Below, in pieces: positions 39,568-53,012 of a stretch of 64,000 nt of DNA. Both the position numbers and the translations under genes were made by a program. This stretch comes from Octopus vulgaris. Lineage: Eukaryota. The stretch covers positions 40,362,001 to 40,426,000 of the forward strand of contig OX597824.1 in assembly GCA_951406725.2 (NCBI GenBank), in the 5' to 3' direction. The stretch's first letter is position 1; each line of letters opens with the position of its first letter. The notes under the pieces were generated by a model. That model made no database searches, had not been told where the DNA came from, and saw nothing but the letters and a program-made list of their open reading frames with translations.

Positions 39568-40142
39568 CATCATCGCCATCATTTAACGTCTGCTTTCCAT
39601 GCTGGCATAGGTTGGATGATTTGACTTGAGGACCGGCAAACCAGATAGCTGCACCAGGCTCCAGTCTGATCTGGAAGAGTTTCTACAGCTGGATGCCCTT
39701 CCTAGTGCCAACCACCCCGAGAGTGTAGTGCGTGCTTTTATGTGCCACTGGCATGAGGGCCATTCAGATGGTACTGGCAACGGCCACGCTCAAATGGTGT
39801 TTTTATGTGCCACCTGCACAGGAGACAGTCCAGCAGCACTGGCAACAACCTCGCTCAAATGCTTTTTCATGTGCCACTGGCACCAATGCCGGTAAGGCGG
39901 CGCTGTTAATGATCACACTCGAATGGTGCTTTTTGTGTGCCACCAGCACAGAAGCCAGTTAGCTGCTCTGGCAACGATCACACTTTGATGGTGCTCTTAG
40001 TGCTCCACTAGCACAGATGCCAGTCATCGAATATAATTTCGATTTCACTTGCCTCAGCAGGTCTTCGCAAGCAGAGTTTAGTGTCCAATGAAGGAAAGGT
40101 ATGCATAAGTGGGCTGGTTACACCCCTGGCATAGGCCACGAG
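39568..40142 (-). mobile_element. RTE-tail retroelement with internal tandem repeats
   Basis: Same architecture as 2510-2990 with an additional upstream segment (40020-40142). Confidence 0.75.
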
Positions 40143-42009
40143 GTATATGTGTGTATATATGTATATACAAAATTACAATAATTTCAATGTCATGATTAGT
40201 GAAAGCAAAGCCATTTGACAAACACAATACTCTTTCACTTATAAAATATATTAATATATTAAAACTAAATAAACTGTGTGCATTTTCCTTCTTTCTTATA
40301 TATATATCTTTTGCATTACAACTCAGCACGTGGGGATAATCGAAATTTTCCTCTTCCCTTTTTGTTACTATATATATACATATATATGTGGTATATGTAT
40401 TTGTGTGTGTTTTTTGCCTTCCACCATTGTTTGACAACCCGATGTTGATATGTTTATGTCTCCGTAACTTTCCAGTTCAGTGAAAGAGACTGATACAGTA
40501 AATAGTAGGCTTACAAAGAATAAGTTTTTGGGGTGATTTGTTTGACTAAAACCCTTTAGGGTGGTACTCCAGCATGGCTGCAGTCGACTGAAATAAGTAA
40601 AAAAAAATTACATTTACATAAATCAAAGTGCAAAGTAGTCAAACACTATATTGCTTCGTAATAAAAATGTTATTAGGATACATACATAAGAACACTCACA
40701 CATTCTGACGTAAACAACAAAAAATACCTTCCCTTAGTAAGCTATTCAGTTGAAATGAAAAACACAAAAACTAGAAAATATATTAATTACTTCTGTCTGT
40801 CTCATTAAAAAAAAAATGTTGGCACCCATATGGTTCACATTTATCTAAAATCTACTGGATGTTTAATCTAATCATTTAGCAGGTAAAAAGGTTAAATATA
40901 ACCTCTGTTTTAGACAGCTTTATGGTAGGAACAGCTGGACTGGATAGCCCCCATCACCTCAGGTACATCATCATCATCATTTAATGTTCACTTTTCCTCA
41001 TGCTTGCATGAGTCAGCCAGAATTTGTTGAAGTAGATTTTTTTCTATGGTCAGATGCCCTTCCTGTTGCCAATTCTTACTTGCTTCAAAACAATATTTCC
41101 CCAGGGCCAGACATTTTCTACAGAAGATGGGAAACGAATAACATTACTTGTATGACACTGCTGCTTGTTGACAACCATCATGACATGTCACGACAAAGTT
41201 ACACTATTGCACATGCACACCTCTATGCACATACACACACATATGACAGGCTTCTTTTAGTTTCCTTCTACCAAAAACCATTCATAAGGCTTTGGCTTGC
41301 CTGGAGCAATAGTTGAAGATATACCCAAGGTACCATGTTGTAGGACTGAACCTGAGACCACATTGTTGGAAAGCAACCATCTTAACTACATAGTCATGCT
41401 ACTATTCATAGCTATTATTTTAATTAATGGTCAAACCTCTATTTTGCTGTGTGCTCCTACAGGCTATATACACTCCCTGTTTTGAGATCTATTTGTTGTG
41501 TGGATCTGTTATGATGTAAATAAGATAAATCATTTTTCAAAACAAGCATCATATGCATTTTAGATAAAAAAAAAAAAAGAGATGAAGTTGATGAAAGTGT
41601 AGGTGTTGTTATAAAGTGCATGTATTTGTGTGAGAAAGTGTGCATGAATGTGTGGGGGTGTCAGTATGTTTTTGTATATGTATATTTGTACAGGTGTAGA
41701 TATGTGTGTGTTTGTGTGTGTGTGGCAGACAGGCAATGTCTATTTGTGTGTCTTTCTTTTCAAACACATACTTACATGTGTTCAGTTCACATACATATGC
41801 ACACACCACATTCCTGCAAGTTGTGGTGCAATGAAATGTTGTTTTTTTTTTAAAACTAGATTGATAGACAGAAGCAACAGGAATTGGTAATGACTACCAG
41901 GAAATACAGTAGCTGCCAAACTGTCATGTTTTGTTTTGTTTTGTTTGTTTTTTTTGGGGGGGGGGTATTCTTTTATGGTGGGGATGGTTATGTGGAGATG
42001 AGGCATCTT

Positions 42010-42042
<33 letters not shown>

Positions 42043-42531
42043 TTTTTTTTTGCAAGTGCTATTAATCTTTACATATCTATTTGTATTGTTGGGTAGTTGC
42101 AAATCTAGGATTAAGTTGTGCTAGTAATAAATTCAGAGTCTACAAGTCTATGATTCTATGTTTCAAATCCTGCCAAGGTAGAGACAATATGATTGGGTGG
42201 ATTAAGTATTTGACAGCTGAATCATAGGTTATTTTGACTGTAAATATGGCAGCCATTCAAGATATTCTAAGTATTTATAAAGCACCAGATTCATTCATTA
42301 TTGTTTTTATGTTCTTGTGCACTAACACTGATCTCTCTCTCCGTTCCCACTCCTGGCAACAGCAATGAATTTGAGATAAATTCAGGTGTAGTTCATGGAG
42401 ACACACTCACACCTTATCTCTTTGTAATTGTTATGGATTATGTAATGTTTATCTTTATAAAAAGATTGTAGATACAGAGTAATAAAATGACTATTCAGTA
42501 AATTTACTGTTATAAAACTTCATCTATTGAC

Positions 42532-42759
42532 TTTTACTCTCTTTTACTTGTTTCAGTCATTTGACTGTGGCCATGCTGGAGCACTGCCTTTAGTCGAGCA
42601 AATCAATCCCAGGACTTATTCTTTGTAAGCCTAGTACTTATTCTATCAGCCTCTTTTTGCCGAACCGCTAAGTTACGGGGACGTAAACACACCAGCATCG
42701 GTTGTCAAGCGATGTTGGGGGGGACAAACACAGACACACAAACATATACACACACATAC

Positions 42760-42780
<21 letters not shown>
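42532..42780 (-). mobile_element. 3' half of SINE family A
   Basis: TTTTACTTGTTTCAGTCATTTGAC...GGGACAAACACAGAC. Confidence 0.8.
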
Positions 42781-42831
<51 letters not shown>

Positions 42832-43071
42832 CATACACACACAGAAATATTATACTTTCACAAGAAAAATGGTGACTTCAAAATTTCAGCCTGTTAGTTT
42901 TTATTGGACTGTCTCAGTCTGACTTCAAAGTCACTGTCATCACTCTTTTTGTAAAAAATGTAATAAATATGAACTCTACAAAAAGTGTTGAGTAATCTTT
43001 CAGTATAATGTAACATTGTTTCTATTTATGACTCAACATAAAAACAAACATTAATGTATCTGTTTACATTG

Positions 43072-43266
43072 TGGAAACAGGAAAGGATATGAAAGAAAAT
43101 AAGATTGTTTACATTCTCTTGTAGTTCTTTAATATCACAAACACTGCTGTATCCAGTTATGACTGTCATTTGTTCTATCATAGCACTGACACTGCTCTTT
43201 TCTACACATGACTGTTATTAGTCCTGACATACCAGTAATACTGATGTATTTAGCTATGACTGTTGT
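43072..43266 (+). repeat. ~195-bp direct duplication, copy 1 (copy 2 at 44080-44273)
   Basis: TGGAAACAGGAAAGGATATGAAAGAAAATA...AGCTATGACTGTTG present twice with few substitutions. Confidence 0.9.
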
Positions 43267-43705
43267 AAGTTCTCAAGAGCTTAACTTTCTCTAGTGACAT
43301 GTTACAGGGTAGCAAGCAAAGATACTTTTAGACAAAAACAACTGTTAGCATGGCTAGCTGAAAGCAAACTTTACAACATTTGGAATTGTTCAGGCAATGA
43401 TAGAATTAAAGTGTTGCTTTTTTTAACCCTACGTTGAAACAGTTGAAATCTGTAAAAGCAAGGCTTAGACAACAACTGAAATACTAGCAGAAGAAATAAA
43501 TTCTATCTATTGCTTTCTTTTAGAATTTATACTTTACGCTCTTGGAGTGGTTGGCATTAGGAAGGGCATCCAGCCGTAGAAACTATGCCAAATCAGACTG
43601 GAGCCTGGTGCAGCTCTCTGGCTAACCAGTTTCAGTCAAACTGCCTAATCCATGCTGCCAGCCATAGAAATTGGATGTTAAATGATGATGATGAATTAAT
43701 TTTCC

Positions 43706-43737
<32 letters not shown>

Positions 43738-44306
43738 TGTGTGTGTGTGTGTGTGTAAAATGAATAGCTATTTGCAAGAGCGTTGATATTCTTAGCTAGT
43801 AGCATTTTATATTTTGAAAGATTCTGATTGGAAATGCTTTTAGAAAGCCAGATATGTCACTTGCCAATTTTTTATACTCCACAGTAATATGACTGCAGAG
43901 CCTTGTTGTGTTAGAGGCACTTTTGGAGAGACATTGATTTCCCAAGTTAATGAGGATTTAACTCAATGTTAAGATTTCACTACCTGCAGGCCTTGCCATG
44001 GACAGGGGCTAATGTTGAAAGCATATTGGTCACTCAGTATTGAGTGTGCAGCATCTTTTCTATTGTAGACAATTCCTTATGGAAACAGGAAAGGATATGA
44101 AAGAAAATAGATTGCTTACATTCTCTTGTAGTTCTTTAATATCACAAACACTGCTGTATCCAGCTATGACTGCCATTTGTTCTATCATAGCACTGACACT
44201 GCTCTTTTCTACATATGACTGTTATTAGTCCTGACATACCAGTAATACTGTTGTATCTAGCTATGACTGTTGTTAGTTCTGTCATACCACAGACACTGCA
44301 GTATGA

Positions 44307-44610
44307 CAGGTGTGTGGCCTAGTGGTAAGAGTATTGCATTCACAATCGCAAGATCATGGTTTCAACTCTTAGACTGGGTGATGCGTTGTGTTCTTGAGCA
44401 AAACTCTTCATCACACATTGATTGCTCTGTGATTGCTTTGACATCAGATGTGTGGCACACCATGTACCTGCGCAGGTAATGTCAATTTGATGGGAGGACA
44501 AAACGAATGTGTTGCATGAACATATGATCACTATAAACAAATCATATGTGCAAGTTCAGCAAAAAGTTGCAAAACCTTCACCTGTCATCTATGGCAGAGG
44601 GCCCACCAGA
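44307..44610 (+). mobile_element. SINE with family C head
   Basis: AGGTGTGTGGCCTAGTGGTAAGAG...GTTCTTGAGCAAAAC; similar copy at 62535-62822. Confidence 0.7.
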
Positions 44611-45194
44611 ATCCACCACCACAAAGATTGTTGTACCTAGCTATGACTGTCATTAGTCCTATGATATCACTGCTGTATCTAAGCTATGACTGTTGTTAGT
44701 TCTACCATACCACTGCTGTATCTAGCTATAACTATTCTTAGTCCTATTATGCTATTTAACTCCTGCATGTATTAACAAAATATTTACACCCACCTCCTAC
44801 ACTTTCTCTACAGCTAATTCCACCATCTCTCTCTCCCCTAGTATTTAGTACACTTAACTTTTATCAGTTCAAATACCGCTGCAAGGATTAACTTTGCTTA
44901 AGTAGATTTACTAGATTAGATTAACTTTTAAAATCCAGCAATTGTTATCTTCAGGGATTTATTTTTATCTCTTCTATATATTTGATAATTATGACAATGA
45001 TAACGATGATTATGATGATTTTTTTCTAATTTGGACACAAGGCCAGCAATGCTACAACAACTAATAATAATAACAACAACAATACAGCTATCCTGTTTAA
45101 ATGTTTTTGTCCCATAAGTCAGAAAATATGTGTCTGCCAGTCTCCCTCTATCTCTCTGTCTGTCTATCTCTCTGTCTGTCTGTCTCTCTCTCTG

Positions 45195-45227
<33 letters not shown>

Positions 45228-46842
45228 TCATCAGCCTGTGTTGTGTGTGTGTATTTTAAATAAGACGTTCACCTGCGTGCAAATGGATGTTTTGTACTTC
45301 ATAAATTTGGCATGAAATGTGTAGCAGCCTTGAAATAAACCATCACATATAACCTGTAATAAAAATCAAGATATGTATTGTTATGTTGAGTGCGTTCAGA
45401 TAACAACCTATCAAAGTAGACCATCCCATGTAGCCTATTCCATGCAGACAATTACATGTGGCTTAATAAAAGACTCAGGATCTGGATCTGAGTTTTGGGC
45501 AAACTAAGATAACAGCCCATCTCATGTTGTTCGTCCCATGTAGACAATTAATGTAGTTCATAAGACTCATGATCTAGATAACAGCCCGTCACATGTAGCC
45601 CATCAGAGTAAGTATAAATAAAATGGGGTTTTTTCCATGATTCTCCACAGAGCCTCTGACATTGGTGGAAGGGATAGAGAAAGGAATCCTCAAATTGGCA
45701 ACAGATTGAAGTCTTGCTCAAGGTATCCAAGGTACCAAATGTGTTGTGTCGTTAAACTGAGTGGTGGCTTATTAAATCTATCACTCAAGTAGGTCATGAT
45801 GGGATTTGAACTCAGAATGCAGAGAGCTGGAACAAATACCACAAGGCATTCAGTCTGGTGTTCTTTCAATTCCGGTAATCCACCACCTAGGTTTGGTACT
45901 TTATTTTATCAATCCCCAAAAGGATGAAAGGCAAAGTTGACCTCTGCCAGATTTGAACTCAAAATGTAGAGTGTCAGAACAAATATATTGGGGCAGTGTA
46001 TTTGGTGCCCTAATGATTCTTCCATTTCATCATTTATAAATGAGTGTTTGAGTGAGTAAGTGTGAGCAAGGGCTTAATAGACTGAGAGTGAGTGGTGGTG
46101 TGTCTTTAAAGAGGAGTGTAAGTAGAAGAGAATGTGAATATGTTAGAGGGTGAGTGAGTTGAAACATAAGTGAAGCATGATGTAAAAAAAATGAATGAGA
46201 AAGTAAAACTGTGTGTGTAAGTATATTAGTAAAAGAGTGAGAATATGTGTGGGAGAGAGGGAAGTTAGTGATTAGAGAATATGCGTAGAAGCTAATGAAT
46301 GAAATAGTGAATATAAAAAGGATTGTTTGAAGAAGTACATTGGATTGTGTCTATGTGAAGAGGTGTGTTTGAAGGAGTGTCTGTATGAAAGTGTGTGCCC
46401 ACGTGAAGGAACATATTGGTATGAAGGAGTGTGTCTGTACAAGGACCATGTCTGTATAAATAAAAATGTTGGTGTGATGTAATGGTAAGAAGCATGTAGG
46501 TATGAAGAAAGAAGTGTGCCAATGCAAAGCAAAGTACCAGAATGTTGTCAGTGAAGGAGAATATAAAAGAAATAGATTCTATAAATACAGCTGATATTTT
46601 TCTTGTGCCAAAAACCAATCTAATGAAACAGCTGGTATTTTAGTTTCTGATTTACCAATTCCAACTGTTCTTTCTATTCTGTATATGTGTCAAAGTAGTG
46701 TTTTTCTGTTTAGTTGGGTGGATGTCTTATAATTTGAAACAGAGGGGTGTTTAAATCTTTAGAGACCTGTATGTATGTGTGCATGCAGACCCACATATAT
46801 GCCTCTCTCTTTCTCTCTCATATATATATATTCATTCAACCA

Positions 46843-46878
<36 letters not shown>

Positions 46879-48373
46879 CCTAGTTGAAGGTAGCCACAAA
46901 TAAATTAGTTGCTGCCTAGTCTACCAACATATTAAGAATATCTCAAGGGAATCTTAAATTATATATATAATTCTATATTTGCCTCAGATTTCACTCCAGC
47001 CAAGTATTAAAAAATAATAATACAAAAAATCTTGCAGGAATCTCTATCTCTAATTCAGAATTTGCTTAAGGTACTGTTAAGATGTCAGTGATGATGGTGC
47101 TGGATGCAGAATACCCTTGTGAGCAAGAGTTTGTCTGTAGGTTTACTGTTTGCCTGTCTCACTGTTAATCTGACTGTGGCAGCTTTAGAACCTCAGACTT
47201 ATCTCAATGACCTCACATTTCTATTGTTCAGTAACCTTTTTTTGACATTACCTCTTTCAACCATGCTTAATTACCATGGGGTTGGGTGAGTCAAATAGAA
47301 TTGGGTGGGGGTCTTATCAATAAGAAAGAAAGAAATATCTTTATACTTACTTCAGGTATCAGATTTCTAGGATTAAACCTTGAATGTATTTTTTAAATAC
47401 TTTTTAAGGCTCATAGTTTATAGGGTTCCTGAAACAAAAGGAAATTATATCAGTTTTGAAGTAAAATTTTCATTATCATCAATTCTTTTAACATCTGCTG
47501 CTGTTGTTGTAATTGTTATTTTGGTCCAAATCAGCCATTATCAGGAAAACATACTCAAAAGCATCCCTATCATGACCATCATGTTTTTTTGTCTATTTAA
47601 AACTTCATTATTCTTTACTTTTGTTAAAATTTTAGAATATTATATAGAATAGCTGCTTTTCTAGTAAGTCCAGTAACTACACTTTCCCTTCATTTCCCAA
47701 TTTAATGTCCATTTCTCTCTATTTTATCATGGATTACATGAATTTTCTATACAGTAAAATGCCACTTGCTTTATTCTTCCAGTGTCTCATCTGGGGTCTA
47801 CATCCATTTGTACTCTTACTTTCTTCCCAAGTGGTGCTTGATGTGGTTAATGGGGACCTAATTGATGAGATGAAAAGCTCTGTTTCTCCATCCTTTCAGC
47901 TGCATCCATCAAACAACTTCCTTCCCCATAACTGCCAAATAGAAGACTACTTGCTCTTTCCTGCCAAAGAAAGACAGTGAACTGGTCTTCAGACCTTCAC
48001 AATAGATTAAGACAAATAACCAGACCCATCCTGCACCTTGGTAACAGCTACAGACTGGATCTCAGGCTATATTGGTTGCTAGCAGCTCCAACACAGATAT
48101 TATAATGATGATGATGATGACAGTGATTGTTTTAAATTTTGGCTTGAAGCCAGTAATTTTGTAGGGTGGAGAAAAGAGTCCATACTATTAACTCCAGTAC
48201 TTGACTGGTTCTCTATTTTTTCTGATCTTGCAAAGATGGACAGAGTTGACCTTGGTAGGATTTGAACTCAGAATGTAAAAAATCAAAATAAATTTCACGA
48301 AGCATTTTGTTCCACACTCTAACAATTATGCCACTTCACCACCCTATAATAATTTTTTCTAACCTTAGCAAAA

Positions 48374-48759
48374 GGTGCAGGCATGACTGTGTGGATAGGA
48401 AGCTTGCTTTCCAATGACATGGTTCCAGGTTCAGTCCCATTGCGCAATGTCCCATTTGCTCTTGGGCAAATATCTTTTACTATAGCCTCAGGCCAACCAA
48501 AGCCTTGTGAGTGGATTTGGTAGATGGAAATTGAAAGAAGCCCATCATATATATATGTATGTGTGTATGTCTGTGTTTGCCCCCCCCCCCCCAATCACTT
48601 GACAATTGATGTTGGTGTGTTACATCCCTGTAACTTAGAAATTCAGCAAAAGAAACAAAGAATAAGTCCTGAGGCTGATTTCTTCGACTAAAAGCCCTTT
48701 AAGGCAGTGCTCCAGCATGGCCACAGTCAAATGACTGAAATGAGTAAGAGAATAAAAGA
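48374..48759 (+). mobile_element. SINE family A
   Basis: Head, CORE-like motif and tail present. Confidence 0.8.
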
Positions 48760-48764
48760 TCAGT

Positions 48765-49170
48765 AATTTTGAGGGAAGGAACAATTTGATAACACCAACT
48801 CCAGTGCTTGACTGATACTTGATTTTATTAACCCTCAAAGAATGAAAAGCAAAGTTGACCTTGGCTGGATTTGAACTCCAAACATAAAGAACCAGAAAAA
48901 AATCTCACAAGACATTCCAATGCTGCAACAGTTTTGCAAGGTTGCTGTCTTCATGGTTTTTGATTTAGGCAAAAGGTCAGCAATCTTAGAGGGAGGGGAC
49001 AGTTGATTACTTCAACCCTGTTATTTTCACTAGTATTTCATTTTATTTACCACAAAAGGATGAAAAGCAAAGTTGATCTCAGGGGAATTTGACTCAGAAT
49101 CTGAAGTGTAAAGAGTCAGGATTGCTGCTAAGCAATTTGTCCAATGTGCAAACATCTCTGCCAGCCCACC
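48765..49170 (-). mobile_element. two degenerate family B SINEs
   Basis: ATGAAAAGCAAAGTTGA...TTTGAACTC twice; further old copies at about 32470-32640, 36430-36643, 45800-46010, 48135-48340, 56600-56960, 60440-60663. Confidence 0.65.
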
Positions 49171-49869
49171 ATCCTACATCCTGGTCATTTAGCATCTGTT
49201 TCCCATGCTAGCCTGGGTTAAGATTGTTTGACTGCAGCTGATAAGCTGGAGAGCTGCACCAGGCTCCAGAGTGTTTTGGCATGGTTTCTACAGTAGAATG
49301 ATTTCTTTTATTTGCCACATGAGTATCAGATGAGGGGACATTACAGTGATAAATTTTAATATGTATGAGGGTTTACATAAAAGATGGTGGGGGATAGAAA
49401 TGGAAAAAAAAAGAGAGAAAATGAGATAAAAGTACACATTGCATAGATGCAAACAAAATTATGATCTCTTCTCCTGAGACAAGAAAACCTCCAGTGAGGG
49501 TGAAATAATAATAACAATAATTTGCCAAGCTAGAATAATTACGCTAAACACTTATTTCATTTTCAATGTCCATAAATATTTATACCATATTAAACTAAAA
49601 GAACAACTCATCTTTTTTTGTTGTTGTTATTGTTTTTGGTCTTTTTTTTTAAATACATTATGTTAAGTGTTTGAAATCAGCTTCAGATACTGTTTGACAA
49701 CAATTTTCCATGAATAACATCAAGAAATTATGTAGAATAACTAAGAACAAGAAGCCATAACAGTGAGGTTCATGGTCACCTACCTCACCACTATGGTCCT
49801 TTTCAGTGGCTGGAACCAGTAATAAAGTACAATTTATAATGATGTTGTTCTAGTAGTGGCTGATGGTTT

Positions 49870-50610
49870 GTGTTGTTTAGCCCCAGGTCAGTTTTGATCA
49901 AGTAAACCTATGATCAAAGGCAGTCCAGCCATGACCATCCCGTCTGCCTTTTTCCCCCTCTGTTCAGTGAACCGAGGACTTTAATATCCAACATGACCTT
50001 CTTTTTAGAGAGTAGGGTATGATTTAAGAGAGATTTGACTGTTATCTTTAGCAAATCAAGTGACAGCATACAGGATTCTTCATTGGCCCATTATAATGTT
50101 GTTTGGTGGTTGTAGTGGTGGTCAATGTTTAACCCCCGGCCAGTTATGACTGGACAGACCTAAGATCAAAAGCATTCCAACTGTGACCATCCCATCTGTT
50201 TTCAGACATAGTGTATGCAAGACTACATAATCCAATGTGTCTTTTCATTAATTTCCCCTACTCTTTCAGATAACACCATTTTATCTTACATGTCCTTCCT
50301 TTTTATAAGATTCTAGGATATGAATGTGTTGACATTTGGTTGCTGTTTCTAGCAGGTTAAGTAACCCTGTAAAAGATCCTTCATTAGCTTAACACTGTTG
50401 TTGTTGTTTAGCCTCAGATCAGTCAAAACTGAGTGACTGATCAGGTCTTTCCAATCGTGACCATCCTGCCTTGTTTCTGAAAGTAATGTGTATATCAGAC
50501 TACATTATTCAGTGTGCCTTCTCTTTCTTTTTTTATTTTTTTTAGTGGGATTGTAGAGGCTGTATTTGGCTACAGTTTCTAGCATAGTGAGAGATCACAT
50601 AATGACACCA
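49870..50610 (-). mobile_element. three tandem family E repeats
   Basis: TGTTTA(G/A)CCC...GACCATCC...GACT(A)CAT...TTTG(G/A)(C/T)TG...CTAGCA repeated at about 49875, 50126, 50405. Confidence 0.7.
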
Positions 50611-51220
50611 TTATTAGTTCATAGTTTAAGTGCCATTTGTCTGGTCTTGCAGAGTTTAATATATTATTCCTCCAGCTCCATTCCCCCAACACCTCCTTAA
50701 TATGCTATTCCTCCACCCCACTTCTTTAATGTATTAGTCCTACTCACACACACACACTCCTACTTCTTTTAATTTCTCCATTAAAGTTTAGATATTAATG
50801 TTTTCTAGCCTACAAAATGGAACAAAGTATTGAGCTCTCTTCTCTCTCTCTCTCACTCCATCTATCTCTTTCTCTCCATCTTTCTCCCTTCTTTTCTCTA
50901 TCCCTTTCTCCCACTTCCTTTCTTCATCTTTCTCTTTATCCATGTATCTCTTTATTCTCTTCTCTTATCTCTACCTATCCATCTATTTCTCTCTTCCTCC
51001 CTTTCTAGATACATCTTTCTCTCTTCTCTCTCTCTCCCCATCTCTCTATCTTTCACATTCTCTTTTTCTCTTCTGACTTTCTATCTATCTATCTATCTAT
51101 CTATCTGTCCCTTTCTCCCTTGTCTCTCTCTCTATCTATCCTTCTTCCCTCTCTCTCTCTCTCAGGCCATCACCACAAACATATCATTAAATAGTCGAAA
51201 CTTCTTTTATAAGTATTAAT

Positions 51221-51411
51221 ATTATTCTGTTATTCCATTATTCTATTTACATCTTTTAACACCCATCACTGCCACCCATCCATAACAACCTTTTGTGCTT
51301 TGATGTTTGAAGTTTTAAAATTATTCCTTTAATCCGTTATTCTGTTTATATCTATTAACACCCACTCCACCTTCTGTTCCAACTTTTGTGCTTTGATATT
51401 TGTAGTATTAC

Positions 51412-51470
<59 letters not shown>

Positions 51471-51550
51471 CATCATGTCATTCTGTTATTCTGTTCATAT
51501 CTATTAACATCCATCCCCCTACTTTTCCACCTTTTGTGTTATGAGGTTTG
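51221..51550. repeat. three diverged ~85-bp tandem units with (TTA)n between units 2 and 3
   Basis: TTATTCTGTT...ATCTATTAACACCCA...CTTTTGTG..TTGA..TTTG three times. Confidence 0.7.
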
Positions 51551-52084
51551 CCATTTTCTTTGAAAATTCTAATTGCGATTCGCTAAATAAGTTTCAGTTT
51601 TTGTTTTCTGTCTCTATAAATATATTAGAAAATTGCGTGTTTTGTATGTGTATGCAGATGTTTGTCTGAGTGTGCATTTTGTTGATGTCAGAGTTTGTTT
51701 ATGTATGTGTTAGTATTTGTGTGTGTATGTATGTAGGCATTTGTGTATGTGTGTTTATATGTAGGTGTTTGTTTATGTTTATTTAGAAACCATATTGAAG
51801 CACTTAAGTGAGAGAGCAGTAGGTAGGGATTGAGATAACAATGTATTAGAATGAAGTGGTAAGAGAGAAAGAGCAGGAGTTGCTACTGAGAGAAGTTGTT
51901 GCAGAGTGGAGGACAATGCGCTTTCCAACCTTACCTTAAATACCAGACCTCTCAACTATCTCCACTTTGATTTTTCCCCGAGAAATTCATAGTGCTCCCA
52001 CCACTACCACCAGCATGGGTGCCATTTACATGACTACATTTTCAATTGGCTTGATAAGTCTTCTCAAGCACAGCATAAGTCTTG

Positions 52085-52386
52085 GTCTCTTTTGCTGAAC
52101 TGCTAAGTTACGAGGAACGTAAACACACCAGCATCGGTTGTGAAGTGATGTTGGTGGGACAAACACAGACACACAAACATATACACACACACACACACAC
52201 ATATATATATGTATATATATATATATGATGGGCTTCTTAGTGTCCGTCTACCAAATCCACTCACAAGGCTTTGGTCGGCTCAAGGCTATAGTAGAAGACA
52301 CTTGCCCAAGGTGCTACGCAGTGGGACTGAACCCGGAGCTGTTTGGGTTGTAAGCAAGCTACTTACCACACAGCCACTCCTACGCC
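52085..52386 (-). mobile_element. SINE family A (3'-truncated)
   Basis: Reverse-complement match to the family A head and body. Confidence 0.85.
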
Positions 52387-53012
52387 TATATATATATATA
52401 TATATATGATATACTGTTGTTTCTGGGGAGAGTCATTCTCATTTAGTGCCTTATAATTTAACACACTCACCAGTAAAATTTCCACTTATTTCCTTCTTTA
52501 TTTTTCTAAAATTTTCATTGCATCTTGCAACCTTTTCAATAGTTTTGACTCTGTCCATTATTCACACTGCATTCCTTTTTGTTTTTTTGTGCACATGTAT
52601 GAGGTTTAGTGTGTGTATGTGTGCATATACATGCATGTATGTATGTATGTATGTATGTATGTATGTATGTATGTATGTGTGCATATACATGCATGTATGT
52701 ATGTATGCATGCATGTATGTATGTGTGTATTCTGCATAGTCATGTGTTTGCATGTCTATGTTTGTGTGTGTGTGCGTGTGCCTGTATATATGTGTGTGTA
52801 CCTCTATCTCCTTGTGTGTGCATGTCTGAGTGTGTGTTTTTTTTTTTTGTAACTGTGTATCGTGTTTATATGTATGGATGTGTATCTTTATATGTGTGTT
52901 TGTGTGTCTCCATATGTGTCCTTGTGTGAAGTAAAGTTTGTGTGTATATATGGCCATGTGTTTCAGTCTTCATTTGTATATGTGTGTTTGTCTGTTCATA
53001 TAACCTATGTTC

